A stretch of DNA of 63,178 bases, filler included, from Hausera hauseri (taxonomy: Eukaryota), in assembly GCA_046269625.1 (NCBI GenBank). It is 12 parts of 12 records of this genome, joined end to end, with 100 filler letters (N's around TTAATTAATTAA, not from the genome) between each part and the next. Parts side by side here need not be neighbours in the genome. Positions count along the whole stretch, not along the records: positions 1 to 5,634 come from JBJURY010216521.1; positions 5,735 to 10,076 come from JBJURY010626664.1; positions 10,177 to 14,261 come from JBJURY010770871.1; 9 more parts are not named here. One strand, 5' to 3'. The translations under genes were made by a program, and so were the position numbers. Below are positions 1 to 10,775 of this stretch, piece after piece. Below the pieces are notes generated by a model that saw only the letters and a program-made list of their open reading frames with translations, did not search any database and was not told the origin of the DNA. Within the stretch, counting starts at the first letter, position 1; each line of letters begins with the position of its first letter.

Positions 1-2246
1 GAACTCTGATTCAACAGCTTTTCGTCTGCAAGGTGAAAGTGGCCTTACCTTTTGTCTAATAGGTCTTTGGTGTTCGGCGACTGTGGTGATATGTTGTAAA
101 ATGCGGCTTAAAATTGATGTCCTTCTTAAGAGTACGGGAACAAGTAATTTTAATGTAGGATTTAAGGTCAGAATTTAACGATAAGAATGATGAGGGCACA
201 TCATTGAAAGAGTCAGTGGCTGTAATTGATGTAGATTGACTAAATGCTTCATTAACGACATTTAGTTCAGCCGATTGTTTCAAGATTGATTTATTCCCAC
301 TTGACGAGATTGAAAATATTGATGAAACGTTAGACGTGTTGTGGTCAACCGATGAACAGGATGTCACATTGACATTTGAATGATCTGATAAAGACAAAGT
401 GTCTGACTGGTCGTTTGGTGAGTATTTGTTATAATTTGCAGTGAATTTGCTGCGCAGGAGGCATTTATGCTTGCAGTCGATTAACAAGTCGTATGCAGCC
501 AAGAAATCAAAGCCCATTATGTGCGATCTGATGTTGACTATTTGAAAATTCCAGGAAAATTTTCCTGGTAGGTTGGAGAATGTGAAGGTCAGTTTTGTGG
601 TACCTACAATGTTCAAAGGTTGACCGCAGGCAGTGAAAGTGGAGGAGAGAAAACTGTGTTAGATGTAGGAGCGAAAGACAAAGGAAGAAGTGAAAATGCA
701 GCTCCTGAATTAATAAGGAAGACTATGTGTAATGTCTATCCAAATAACAGATCAGCTTTCAACAGGAAGACTGCAGAGGCGGTGTTGAAACGGCCAGAAG
801 ATTGAATGATATTGCCTGTACCAGAATGTGCCGTGGCATCTGGTGGCATTATTGGTTTTTTGAGACTTGTTGGTAGAAAGAGGAGGAATGGTGAGTGCGC
901 GGATGCGAAGAAAATGGAGAAGATCTAGAATTCCTTCTATAATGTTTACATTCAGGCACGCATGAACTAGCCTTGGACTGGTACTTTGCGTGAGAGATGA
1001 AAATTGGATTGTCTACGGCATATCGTGCATCGTAGAATCGATAGCCTAAAACACGTTTCCTTGCATCTTTGCGGAATTTGTTGTGATAAAAGCACGTCAT
1101 TTTACCATCTCTAGATTTAGAACGAGAAGAATGCATAAAAAAACTGCAATTGCGAGAAATACGATTTTCGCTTCCTCGAGGCACGGATAACTCACTGAGT
1201 TGGGCTGTGATGGTTGAAATTGCTTGTTGGAGGGTGTCGAATTGTTTTTGCATCATGTTTAGTTGTTGTGCAAATAAAGTGTTGTCTGGCAGTGTTTGAG
1301 CAGTTGCTGCGGCTACAGGCTGCGAGATATTGGAGTGCAGAATATCAAAGCTTTTGTCTGCCAATAATGCGAGTTTTTCGAGGGCAGCAGAGTCATCTAC
1401 TACAGTAAGCAGCGCTCGGATGGAGGTTGGCAGAAATGAGAGAAAGTACCGACGAAGAAGATCAACATTGTTTGTGGGAGTCACGCCTAAAGAGCTCAGT
1501 TGTAAGATGGCCGTTTTAAGGAAATCCGATGGTTTTTGATTTCCAATGGCGTGTTCGTTAAAGTACTTCTGAATTATGCTGTCAATGGAAGGGTCGGTGA
1601 TATGTAGAACCGATTAGTACAGCATATCGTACGGGCTTGAAGAAGAGAGTATGTCAGCCAGATTACTAATTTGCTGCTTGATGTTTGATAAAAGTAATAG
1701 CAGCAAACTGTTAGCCCGAAAAAAAGAATCCGTAATGTGATTGGCTTTGAGCCATTTCAAGTGAAACTGCAACCACGTTCGGCTCGAGTAAGTTTTATCT
1801 AGGAAAAAAATCTGTACAGGGAAGGTTTGGAGATGTTGATGGTGTGGGGTCGACATGACGACCAATAGACCTGGTTTTTGTTAGGATTTCGGCAGAAGGG
1901 TCAAGGTCTGATCCACCGCGGATGCAAAAATGGACAGTGAGAATGATAGAATATTTCTCGGGTGCAAAGGATGAAAGAGTCGTAAGGTTGCAAAGTTAGA
2001 CAGTTGTGCATAAGATAAAAATCAGAGGGGCCGAAATAAGAGGACAATTCAGTATAAAGAATATGAGCTGTTTGTTTGTGTGTAACCCTTAATGTGTGGA
2101 CATGTTTAGGGTTAGTAAAGATGAGAAAAGAAAGGGGACATAACGCAACGAGGCGGGCACGCTCGATCCTTCAACCAGAGAATCCCTTGTATGAGTGATC
2201 ATCGTCGTAGGACGAACAGTACTTCGATACATTGTAAGCGGTAACA
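1..2246 (-). mobile_element. Decayed Ty3/Gypsy LTR retrotransposon, 5' part (gag, protease, start of RT)
   Basis: Gag motifs ITDSFFRANSLLLLL, KPSDFL, RRYFLSFLPTSIRALL, LEKLALLADK, CFYHNKFRKDARK. Protease-like FLINSGAAFSLLP...IMGFDFLAAYDLLIDCK. Homologous to the element at 41690-45791. The 5' boundary near TGTTAC at 2246 is tentative. Confidence 0.85.
849..1865 (-). pseudogene. gag: Gypsy Gag, disrupted (ORFs 1614-1865 and 849-1484)
   Basis: Motifs above; frameshift/stop between the two pieces. Confidence 0.8.
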
Positions 2247-2650
2247 ACTTCAAACATTCAATGTTTTTACTGGCTGCGAATCGTGCTTTTGGTTTTAGAA
2301 TGGTAGGTTGCAAATTGAGTTCACCAATTGATACAGTCGTCATATTTTTGTTTAAATTTGAATGGTGAATCAACAGGCAGCTATCTTTGATGTGCCAAAC
2401 ATTAATCCAACCGTTGCTGCATCCACTGGCTATAAAACATGATTTCTGAGAGATGGACAGTTGAAACACCGATGCAATGTGACCGTTTAGATTACGATGG
2501 CAGTCGGTTTCACCAGTTTTAAAGTCAATTTCGTGAAATTCAACATTACCAGATGATAGTTCAATAAATAAAAATGGTTTACCAAAATCTGAAGCATAAA
2601 CATCGGGTAACCGGTTTAAAAAAGTGATTGAGGAAGACAGACTAATTAAG
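2247..2650 (-). pseudogene. WD40-repeat protein fragment
   Basis: LNGHIASVFQLSISQKSCFIASGCSNGWINVW fits the GH...W WD40 repeat; the frame runs into the Gypsy element. Confidence 0.55.
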
Positions 2651-2994
2651 CGGATTAGTCTATATTCGTCCCATAATTTAAATGATTGAGTGTATGAATA
2701 ACTGTCACAATTACCTTGTGTTATTTCGTCGGAACTGGTTGAGCAATAAGATGTCGGAATTGAATACCCCCAACACTGTGTGGCCGTAGGATGATTGTTA
2801 CATGACTTAGGTGACGTAGGATTTGACTTTGATCACAATTGTTTTTCCAATATCGATGGAGTCGGAAGTGACGATGGTGGATTTTTTTGTCGATCATGAA
2901 CGTAGCCACGATATTGCAAAAAATATGTTCTTGGCAAGGGTCAAATCACAAAATATTTTATCTAGATAACTGCCCTTCATAAGACTATTGTCAT

Positions 2995-5634
2995 CATGAA
3001 CGTTTAACTTAAATCTAGCAGCTGCCAATATTTTTTCTTCTACAGAATTGTTTGAAATTAATGGTAACACCCTGATCTCATTTTGTTGGCCGATTCTATG
3101 AACTCTATCCTGTGCTTGTAAGTCAAGATGGAGATTCCAATAAGAATCAAATATAACGACTGTATCAGCAGCTTGCAAGTTAAGTCCTAGTACTTCGGCT
3201 CTTGTAGATAACATAAATATAAAATAATTGTTGCCTGGATTATTAAATTTAGCCAGCAGGTCTCCTCTATCATCAGATTTAGTAGTTCCATCCAATCGCA
3301 AATGTTTAAGACCGATAGTCGAGATAATATCCCATTAATGTCATCAACGACGTCATTTGACAAAATATCAAAACATGATTTGTTGCCTTCAATTTTGGCG
3401 AAATTCTGTCCAGTGATTCAAATTTTCCGGAAGAACGGAAGAGATCAGAACCATAAATTTCTGTGGAAATAGGAATGTCTGAATTAGTTTTGTCCTTGCC
3501 CTGGCTTAAATAACTTTGTTCCGCAATAGCTTGTTCTATATGTTGAAACATAAATGGGTGATTGCAGATTTTCCGCAATTGCATAATCGTATTCATCAAT
3601 GTCCGGGTACCACCTTTACCTTTAGAAATCTTATTTTTCTCTGAGCCATCAGTTAGTGTTACACCTTTACTTTGCATATGACTACAAAGTTCGTTGTAAA
3701 CCTGATATTTCACACTTTATGACGTACTCGACTTTATCGAATAGTTGATTTTTGAGTTCTTTTTTTAACCGCCTCAGTAAAAATGGCCGTAGAACTTTAT
3801 GCAATTTCCGAATTATTAATAATGTTTCCTCCTTTTTCAGTTCTACATCTTTACCACTATTAGCAAAAAGAGCAATAAACCATTGTTCAAATGTTCTAAC
3901 ACTCTGAAACATATCCGGTAGAAGAAAGTTTAGTAAGGCCCACAATTCTGGTGTATTGTTCTGTAATGGTGTTCCGGTCAACAATGACCGGTATGGAGCC
4001 TCGTAATAAGCATTGAGAATTTGAGTCAACTTACAATGAAGATTTTTTATTCTGTGACCTTCATCGATAATCATATATTTACATTTAATCTTTGGCAAAA
4101 TACATTTGTCTATGATAATGTATTTGTACGTCGTCAGCAAAACATTAAATGTTCCACTTTTAAATTGTAGTTGATTCTGAATAGCTTTAAGGGTTGTTTG
4201 CGAGCCTTTGTACAAAATTTTAATGACCGTTGGTGATCATTTGTCGAACTCCAGTGGCCAATTAGAAATCGTTGACAACGGAATAATAATTAAATACGGC
4301 CCGTTGATTTTTTTTCTTTCCATTAAATACGTGATCAAACCAATTGTTTGAATCGTTTTGCCGAGTCCCATTTCGTCGGCAAGAATTCCTTTGATATTGT
4401 TGTTATATAACGACACAAGCCATTCCAAACCACGTATTTGATATTCTTTTAACGTACTGTTAATCATTAGCGATGGTTGTTGTTTGATTTCTTCACGAAC
4501 GGAGTTTGCTAACGTATAATACGTTTGTGTTTAATTTTTATGGTACTCATTATCTTCAATTCCGATATGAATTGATTCCACCTCGTCTTTTTTATCCATA
4601 ACAGTCGCTTCCGTTTCGGAAATTTCCCTAATTGGACTGGATGAGTTTTTGACGTAAATTTCCCAATTTTTGTGTTTTTCAAAAAACTGAAACAAATACA
4701 CAATTGTCGGTCCATCATCGTCGATTAGACTTTCCTTGCTTATCGCGTTATAAACATCGACATGGATGTCATTGGGCAATGTTTGCACGAATACCAAATT
4801 TTTTTCTATTCAGTAAACCTTTTGCAGCTTTATAAATATCATCCGAAAACACCGAACAAGCCTCCGACAAATACTGTGCAAATATTTTAACTGTAGCATT
4901 AAATTTTGATAAATCATCTTCTTTTCTTTTCCGAACAATTTGATCCTTTTTATGACCTTTTACCAACTTTGTTAAACCACTGATAAATTCATCGGTTTGC
5001 GACAACAAATAATGCAAACGCAAATCTTTCTTTTTATCAATCAATTTCCGAGAACCTTCGTCATCTTCAGCCATCAATCAATGCATTCGTTCTAGCTCGA
5101 TTCGTTCTTGTTCTTTTCGTTTGAAATTTTCATTGCTTGCAAAATAATTCAAAATAGATTTGTTGATTTTGGCAATTTTAAAATTAACACTTCGATGGAA
5201 TTATTTGAAGACTTTCAAATAGAAAAGAATCGAACTGAGAAATTCCTGTTGTTCTTGACGTTTTCGTTTTTCCTGTTCATATGGGATGTGTTTTTTGAGT
5301 GTTTTAATAAAATGTGATTCATGTAATGATTGTTTTTTTGTTCGTTTATATGCAGCACAATTCAAACAGTTTTCAACGTTTGTTGGATTTTTAATGCTGA
5401 TTAGAATGTCATTATGCAATTGTTTTTGAAATGACAATAACTTTAGAGCTTTTAATTCGATACTAATTTTGAGATTTTCTTCATTGTTGCTTGTCCAGTC
5501 GGAAAGTTTGTTGAGATAATTACGTAAATAATGAACACATCGTTGACATTCCTGACGGTCAAAAAGAGATTTAGCAAAATTATACGGCAGGAAAAACGAA
5601 GCTAAGGAATTGTAGAGATCACTGTCAAATATGT
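2995..5634 (-). pseudogene. SMARCA4: SWI/SNF ATPase BRG1/Brahma (SMARCA2/4) homologue: HSA, SNF2_N, helicase-C; intronless, multiply frameshifted, truncated after AARFKLNV
   Basis: [32 protein letters not shown]; [36 protein letters not shown]; [10 protein letters not shown]; LLTGTPLQN; [16 protein letters not shown]; [16 protein letters not shown]; [12 protein letters not shown]; [14 protein letters not shown]. Confidence 0.93.
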
Positions 5635-5734
5635 NNNNNNNNNNNNNNNNNNNNNNNNNNNNNNNNNNNNNNNNNNNNTTAATTAATTAANNNNNNNNNN
5701 NNNNNNNNNNNNNNNNNNNNNNNNNNNNNNNNNN
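5635..5734. other. Artificial contig linker (44N-TTAATTAATTAA-44N); identical linkers at 10077-10176, 14262-14361, 19193-19292, 23283-23382, 27631-27730, 33207-33306, 40225-40324, 45792-45891, 51976-52075, 58907-59006
   Basis: Identical 100-bp spacer with stop codons in all six frames; sequence character changes across each one. Confidence 0.98.
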
Positions 5735-6702
5735 TCGACTAAATCCATTTTCGCAGTATGATAAATGTAGTCTATCTTGTTATTCGTATATAAATACCAT
5801 TTTATATTTTCATTTGGTAACTTTCCAGTATTCTTTAGTGTTTCTTTTGTTACAAACAAATCTTCATAAGATGTTGAATATACCGCATTTGATCCACAAG
5901 TGGATACTGCTCTTTTGCGTGTTAACACTATTCCGTCTTTATCATTAGATGACATCAAAACTTTCAGGGAAGGGGTTTGTTTCAGAGTCCGTGGAGTAGG
6001 TAGGCTTACGTTATGATTGTGCTCCGGTTCTTGATATTGGTCTTCATAATACAAATCGCCTTGTATTTCGTACATAGATACTTGTTTCAGAAAGGCTAAT
6101 GGACATATCATAATCGTCTTTTCCCAAACTAATGTGGATTCTCCTAACATACATACGCCATCAGAGTACGTGCAGGATGGTGCAGTCAACATTTTTCCTG
6201 TAATCGCATCAAAGTTTACTTTGTATTCTTTTAGGGTAACAGTATAATCTTCTATTTGCACTACAAAAGATTCCTTTTGACCATTTATCATTACTTTTTC
6301 TCCATCACAACCTCCTCCATATCCAGGCCATATTTTCCCAGCTGTAACTATTCGTGAGTGAACTCGTTTTCCTATATCTGCTTGTACTGGTTGTTTTAGA
6401 CATATGTGAATTAAATCTATAGCTTTCCTGCAATTTTTAGCAGTTATTGTTACAGGTTTAGGTAATCGTTGTGGAATAATCACCGAATTCCACGAATTAT
6501 GACCGCAATTATAAGCGAATATTACTTTATTAACCTGGCATTAATTTAATTGAACTTATTGATAACTAATTGTCTGATAAAGATTGTAATTGTAAGGACC
6601 TTCTTTCTTCACTAATATTGGATTCGCGTTTTGACACTTACCTATGTCCACTAACGAAAGTCTGTCTGTTATTTCTGGTTGGGAACAATCATAAGCTTCT
6701 AA
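5735..6702 (-). CDS. Class III viral fusion glycoprotein ectodomain (chuvirus-G / gB-like env type), partial
   Basis: Signal-like hydrophobic run, then ALEAYDC..LSLVDIGKC..LYQ..CQV..YNCGHNSW..ITAKNCRKA..GGCDG..CTYSDGVCMLGESTLVW..CPL..CGSNAVYSTSYEDLFV..LYTNNKIDYIY; this Cys pattern is typical of the family. Confidence 0.8.
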
Positions 6703-6816
6703 TGCTTTGGCCGTTTTCAAACTGCTTACAGCTATTAAGTATAGTAACAAGTGAATAATTTGTACTACCCAGTCTGAGATGTTGGTATCCTTAGGATATA
6801 TTAGTATGGTTGGATC

Positions 6817-7200
6817 GAATCTTTTGAGAATTTCATCCCAACCACCATGTTTACTTACCCATTCTTTTGTTAACTTATCCGTATGGTGAGCTAGTTCCCT
6901 CACCGTATGGTGCAATTTAGCATCAATCTCTGTTTGGTTTTTGAAACTAACTACTATACATCCTAGTGCCATCAATAATCGATTCTGATTACAGTCTTTT
7001 AATAACAGTGTCAATGATTTATTTAAACCTCCTTTCATTTCGTATTTATGTAATAACCTCGTGATTTGTGACAAAAAGTTTCTAGCAGTTTCTATTATAG
7101 ACTGTAACGGAATTGTTGTAATAGCTGGTATTTGCCTAAGTTGCTTTGGGTTTTCTTTCTTAATTAGTTGCTCCAGAAGTTCATTGGTTGTCAATGTCAC
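6817..7200 (-). CDS. Bcl-2-like domain within the polyprotein
   Basis: BH2 motif TKEWVSKHGGWDEILKRF; divergent BH1 LLKDCNQNRLLMALG at the expected spacing; helical composition; followed by a hydrophobic segment. Confidence 0.7.
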
Positions 7201-7459
7201 TTATGGAATATTTGTATTATTCTGGTTTGATGTACTTGGCATTGGACCTTGTGTTGATTCATTTTTATCATCACTGATGGTGAATCGTTGTAAATTGTCA
7301 TACAATATATCTTCTAGTGTATCCCGTTGTTCCCTGCGTTTTCGTGATAAAGGTCTTTTCTTTCTTTGCCTTTCTGGTCTTTCTTCCTCTTCGGGATTTT
7401 CTTCATCATCGCTTACTGGGTTAAAATCGCATTTCCGCGGTCTTCCCCCTTTTTTCTTA

Positions 7460-7695
7460 CTGCCTATTTCCATATTAATATGATATATTTTTCCAGGAAG
7501 TAGTCCGTAATCCACAACATAATCGTTGTCAACGGCTAATCTGCCATAAACATCAGTTTTCGCTATTATATTGGTTTCGAGATCTAATTCCTCTAGTACT
7601 TTTATTCGAAGATCCGTAAATTTAGTGAACATTTTTGCTGTTACTTCAATTACTTGTTCTCGCTTATTAGTTTTAATTTATATGTTTATAATATA
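7460..7695 (-). CDS. Ubiquitin/SUMO-like domain within the polyprotein
   Basis: YIINI*IKTNKREQVIEVTAKMFTKFTDLRIKVLEELDL...VYGRLAVDNDYVVDYGLLPGKIYHINMEI parallels the beta-grasp pattern (IFVKT...ITLEV...V.AKI...AGKQLEDGRTLSDYNI...LHL). Confidence 0.6.
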
Positions 7696-8430
7696 TGGTT
7701 GCTTTCTTCTATGTTTGCGTCTTAAGTCTCTACGTAGAGTTTTTAATGATTTTTTTTGCGGCTAAAAAATAACACATATCATCCCTTGTCAGTGGCATAA
7801 GTAATTGTGCACACTCTATTCGCTTGATTAATGGTAATGTTTCATATTGTCGTAAAGCGTCCCATACCTCATTGGGTGCTGAATCGATCATTTGTAATTT
7901 GGCTTTAATCATTTCGATTGTTGTTTCCAGAGGATCACCGTATACTATGGAACCTGGTGGGATATTCATTTCTGGGATAAACTATTGATTCTCCATCGGT
8001 AATAATGTAGTTTCGGAATGTTGAAAAGTATCTGCTGTAGGTATAAATTCATAATACACAATTTCAAACATTTCATCTTCCTCTGTTATTATTTAGGTTT
8101 CCTTCTGAGATGTGCTGGGTTGCATAGCATCTCGAATATTTTCAAATAATATTGGTCGCTGTGGTGGAGCCGTTGGTTGAATGAAAGGTGCAACTAATCT
8201 ATCAACATACGGGTCTATCCATTCCCCGGTTGGTCCAATTCTGACATGTTTCTGTGAATATTTATTAGCATATATATCTGGATATCTTTGAGTTATTGGT
8301 TCAATCACCGGAACTGCCCCAGCTTCCCATCTCTCTCTAATTCCCCTATCGCCGGAAAAGATATTTATAACGTCTTTCGGCTTTCTATTATCCATGTTAC
8401 GTTATATTCCACTCGCATTGTTTTAGGTTT

Positions 8431-9648
8431 CTCATCTAAACATCTTTGTGCCATTATTTCCGAATTATGCCCGTTATATAGGTCCAAACATTTGTAGTTC
8501 CTGTATGTCTGTTCCAAATCATAAACAGCAGTTAGATTTTCTGGGTTTATATCCAATGTATTTAACAATACTGGTAACCGACGTACGATTATCATCTTTC
8601 CTGGTAAATATTTATTCATAAATTCGCTTACCGATTCTTGTAATTGTGGGTTGAGCCGTCTGAAATATTCAGTATACTTAGTAGTATCCTGTATAGTTGG
8701 ATATACGTAAATATTAAGGATTGTTTTTCCTTCCAGATTTTTGGCAGTGATCTGAGTAAGTCCTTTTTCGTTCCCTCTGGTTATGCATCTACCGGTAAGA
8801 ATGATTTCTTTGTCTTGCTTCATAGGTTTATCCACAGTTAACACGAGTACTTCCTTAAGCAATTGTATCAAATATATCGGGTGATTATCTAAAGGTTGAA
8901 TTTGGTAATCTCCTTCGTAGGGATAATTAGGAAGTATTTTGGTTTCCTTGGGTACTATCACCGTTTTATTATTAATTTTCAGTCTAGCCTCTCCCTGATT
9001 AGTGATTATAGCACATGGCGGGTCGTTTCTTTTAATCTAAATATCAGTCCTTTTAAGGTAGACTTTACCAATACCTTTCATGCAAACTAATTCTTGTTCT
9101 GCAATATCTACAAATTCTATTCGGTTAGTTTTCTTGTCTACAAACAATTCATCCCTTTTTTGAACAATATCCATATTTATACATTGTAATTTTGCTTCTG
9201 GGATCAAGGTAGTGTTACATGTTATTTCATGTTGAAGATGTCTATCGTTCTTATATAATGGTCTGCTTAGAAAAATAAAATATGGAGATCCTTGGCGGTT
9301 AAGTTTGATTTTGTATTCTTGTCGTAAATCATTTAATTGTTGTGATAATGTACTCTTTCTTTCACATTGATCATCTGGTGAAATAAAATTCTGGTCTACA
9401 CTAAATGTACCAAAGATATCAGTTTCCTTTAGTTGTATTTCCTTAAATAGCCATGGCAATTCTATTCCAACTATAAGTTTTCTACAGAGTAGTTGTCTAA
9501 GGTTTTCGTAGCATTTTTCTTTTTCCATATATACATCTTCTAATTCAATTATCAGATCTCCTTCGATATTCTCTATTCTTATTCGGTTAATTTTCGATTC
9601 CTGTTCTTGTTCGTTAGTTTTATCTATTGCTACAAAGGTTAAAAGTAA
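8431..9648 (-). CDS. Two degenerate DEDDh (ISG20/REX4-like) exonuclease-fold repeats (about 9330-9648 and 8431-8808)
   Basis: The repeats align without gaps: NIEGDLII / NLEGKTIL and LCRKLIVGIELPWLFKEIQLKETDIFGTFSVDQNF / LPGKMIIVRRLPVLLNTLDINPENLTAVYDLEQTY. They resemble REX4 RVSIVN..G..V, LKGRILVGH.L and H.S..DA (here GHNSEIMAQRCL). Confidence 0.5.
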
Positions 9649-10687
9649 ATCTTTAATTTCTTTAGTTTCTGGCCATAACATGTATGAAAGTGCATTTCTT
9701 TGGATATCTGGTACTTTTTGTTCTGCCTGATCCAATTGTTTCCTAGTTATGAAGGGTTTTTCCAGGATAGAATTATTGGTTGGCAGTTCAGGTGTTAGTT
9801 GATGAGATTCTGCTACAGATTTTGCCATTAACAAACCCGTAAAATCTGATTTAGTTTGTTCATTAAAAGTTACTGAACGACGAGGCGAAGTATTTCTTTC
9901 GTCGTTATTACTTTTTCTAATATATGGCATGTTTCCTTTTTCATTCGTAGGATTGTTATAAGGTGGTATTGCCGAATCCGGCTTTCTCTCATTGAAATTC
10001 TTGGAATATTCTGGCGTCGAATTCCTATCGTACCAATATGGAGAAGTATTTCTATTTGATGACGTTTAATTTCGTCNNNNNNNNNNNNNNNNNNNNNNNN
10101 NNNNNNNNNNNNNNNNNNNNTTAATTAATTAANNNNNNNNNNNNNNNNNNNNNNNNNNNNNNNNNNNNNNNNNNNNAGGCTGATCATGATGGTATGGTTT
10201 TTGTTTTATACGATGTAAGATTAACTTATTATACGTCACACATTATGTTAAGTTCAGATTTGTGTCAAAACAAGCTATATTATTACCAGTTTAGAGCGCT
10301 TTCAAGAACACATATCCGTTAACAAGAAACACGGTTTTAAATGTCTAACTTTATTGAAAGTGTTTAATGCCACATTACGTTTTTCACAATAATGTCATTA
10401 TTTTGCAAATACCTTCTATAACTAATATGTTTACACCCACTAAAGGTTACTTAAAATACGTCACATTATCGTTCACCTCAGACAACACAATATATTATTA
10501 TTCTCTGCGATAATGATTGCTTAGTTGATTAAATTGTTGGGAAAGGCAAAGTTATTAAGAAAAACATTGTCGATCATATAATTATTGGTATTATATAGAT
10601 AACAATCACATTATGAAAAGTTGACAACTTGATATTGATTGATTTATTAATAAATAGTAGATCACCTATAATCTGTATCTTTACCAA

Positions 10688-10775
10688 CCGATCAATTTTC
10701 ACCTGATCAATTGATTACCTGATCAATTTTGCCAGACGAATTTTAACCGATCAATCTGAGCGCGATCAATAAACT
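10688..10775 (+). repeat. Six ~14-15 bp imperfect tandem repeats (CC[T]GATCAATT core), transposon subterminal-like array
   Basis: ccgatcaattttca, cctgatcaattgatta, cctgatcaattttg, ccagacgaattttaa, ccgatcaatctgag, cgcgatcaataaa. Confidence 0.7.

Larger units (their letters stand above)
5735..10076 (-). pseudogene. Single decayed ~1440-codon viral/retroelement envelope polyprotein: exonuclease-fold x2, UBL, Bcl-2-like, TM/signal, class III fusion glycoprotein; open at both contig ends
   Basis: ORFs 9037-9930, 8365-8961, 8093-8395, 7730-7969, 7201-7632, 6556-7200 and 5683-6483 join into one frame via isolated in-frame stops (e.g. 9037, 8093, 7201, 6556, 6541) and two 1-nt shifts (about 8395, and the A-run near 7750). 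Confidence 0.8.

Noticed and set aside
2081-2246. 166-bp LTR bounded by TGTTAC..GTTACA
   Set aside because: No primer-binding site follows and no second LTR is available to confirm it
5679-5690. Recurring palindromic TTAATTAATTAA between N runs
   Set aside because: Artificial six-frame-stop linker; genes on different contigs are not neighbours
8850-9200. Cupin/AlkB-like beta-helix between the exonuclease repeats (CAIITNQGEARLKINNKTVIVP)
   Set aside because: Pattern resemblance only, with no metal-binding residues; too weak to call
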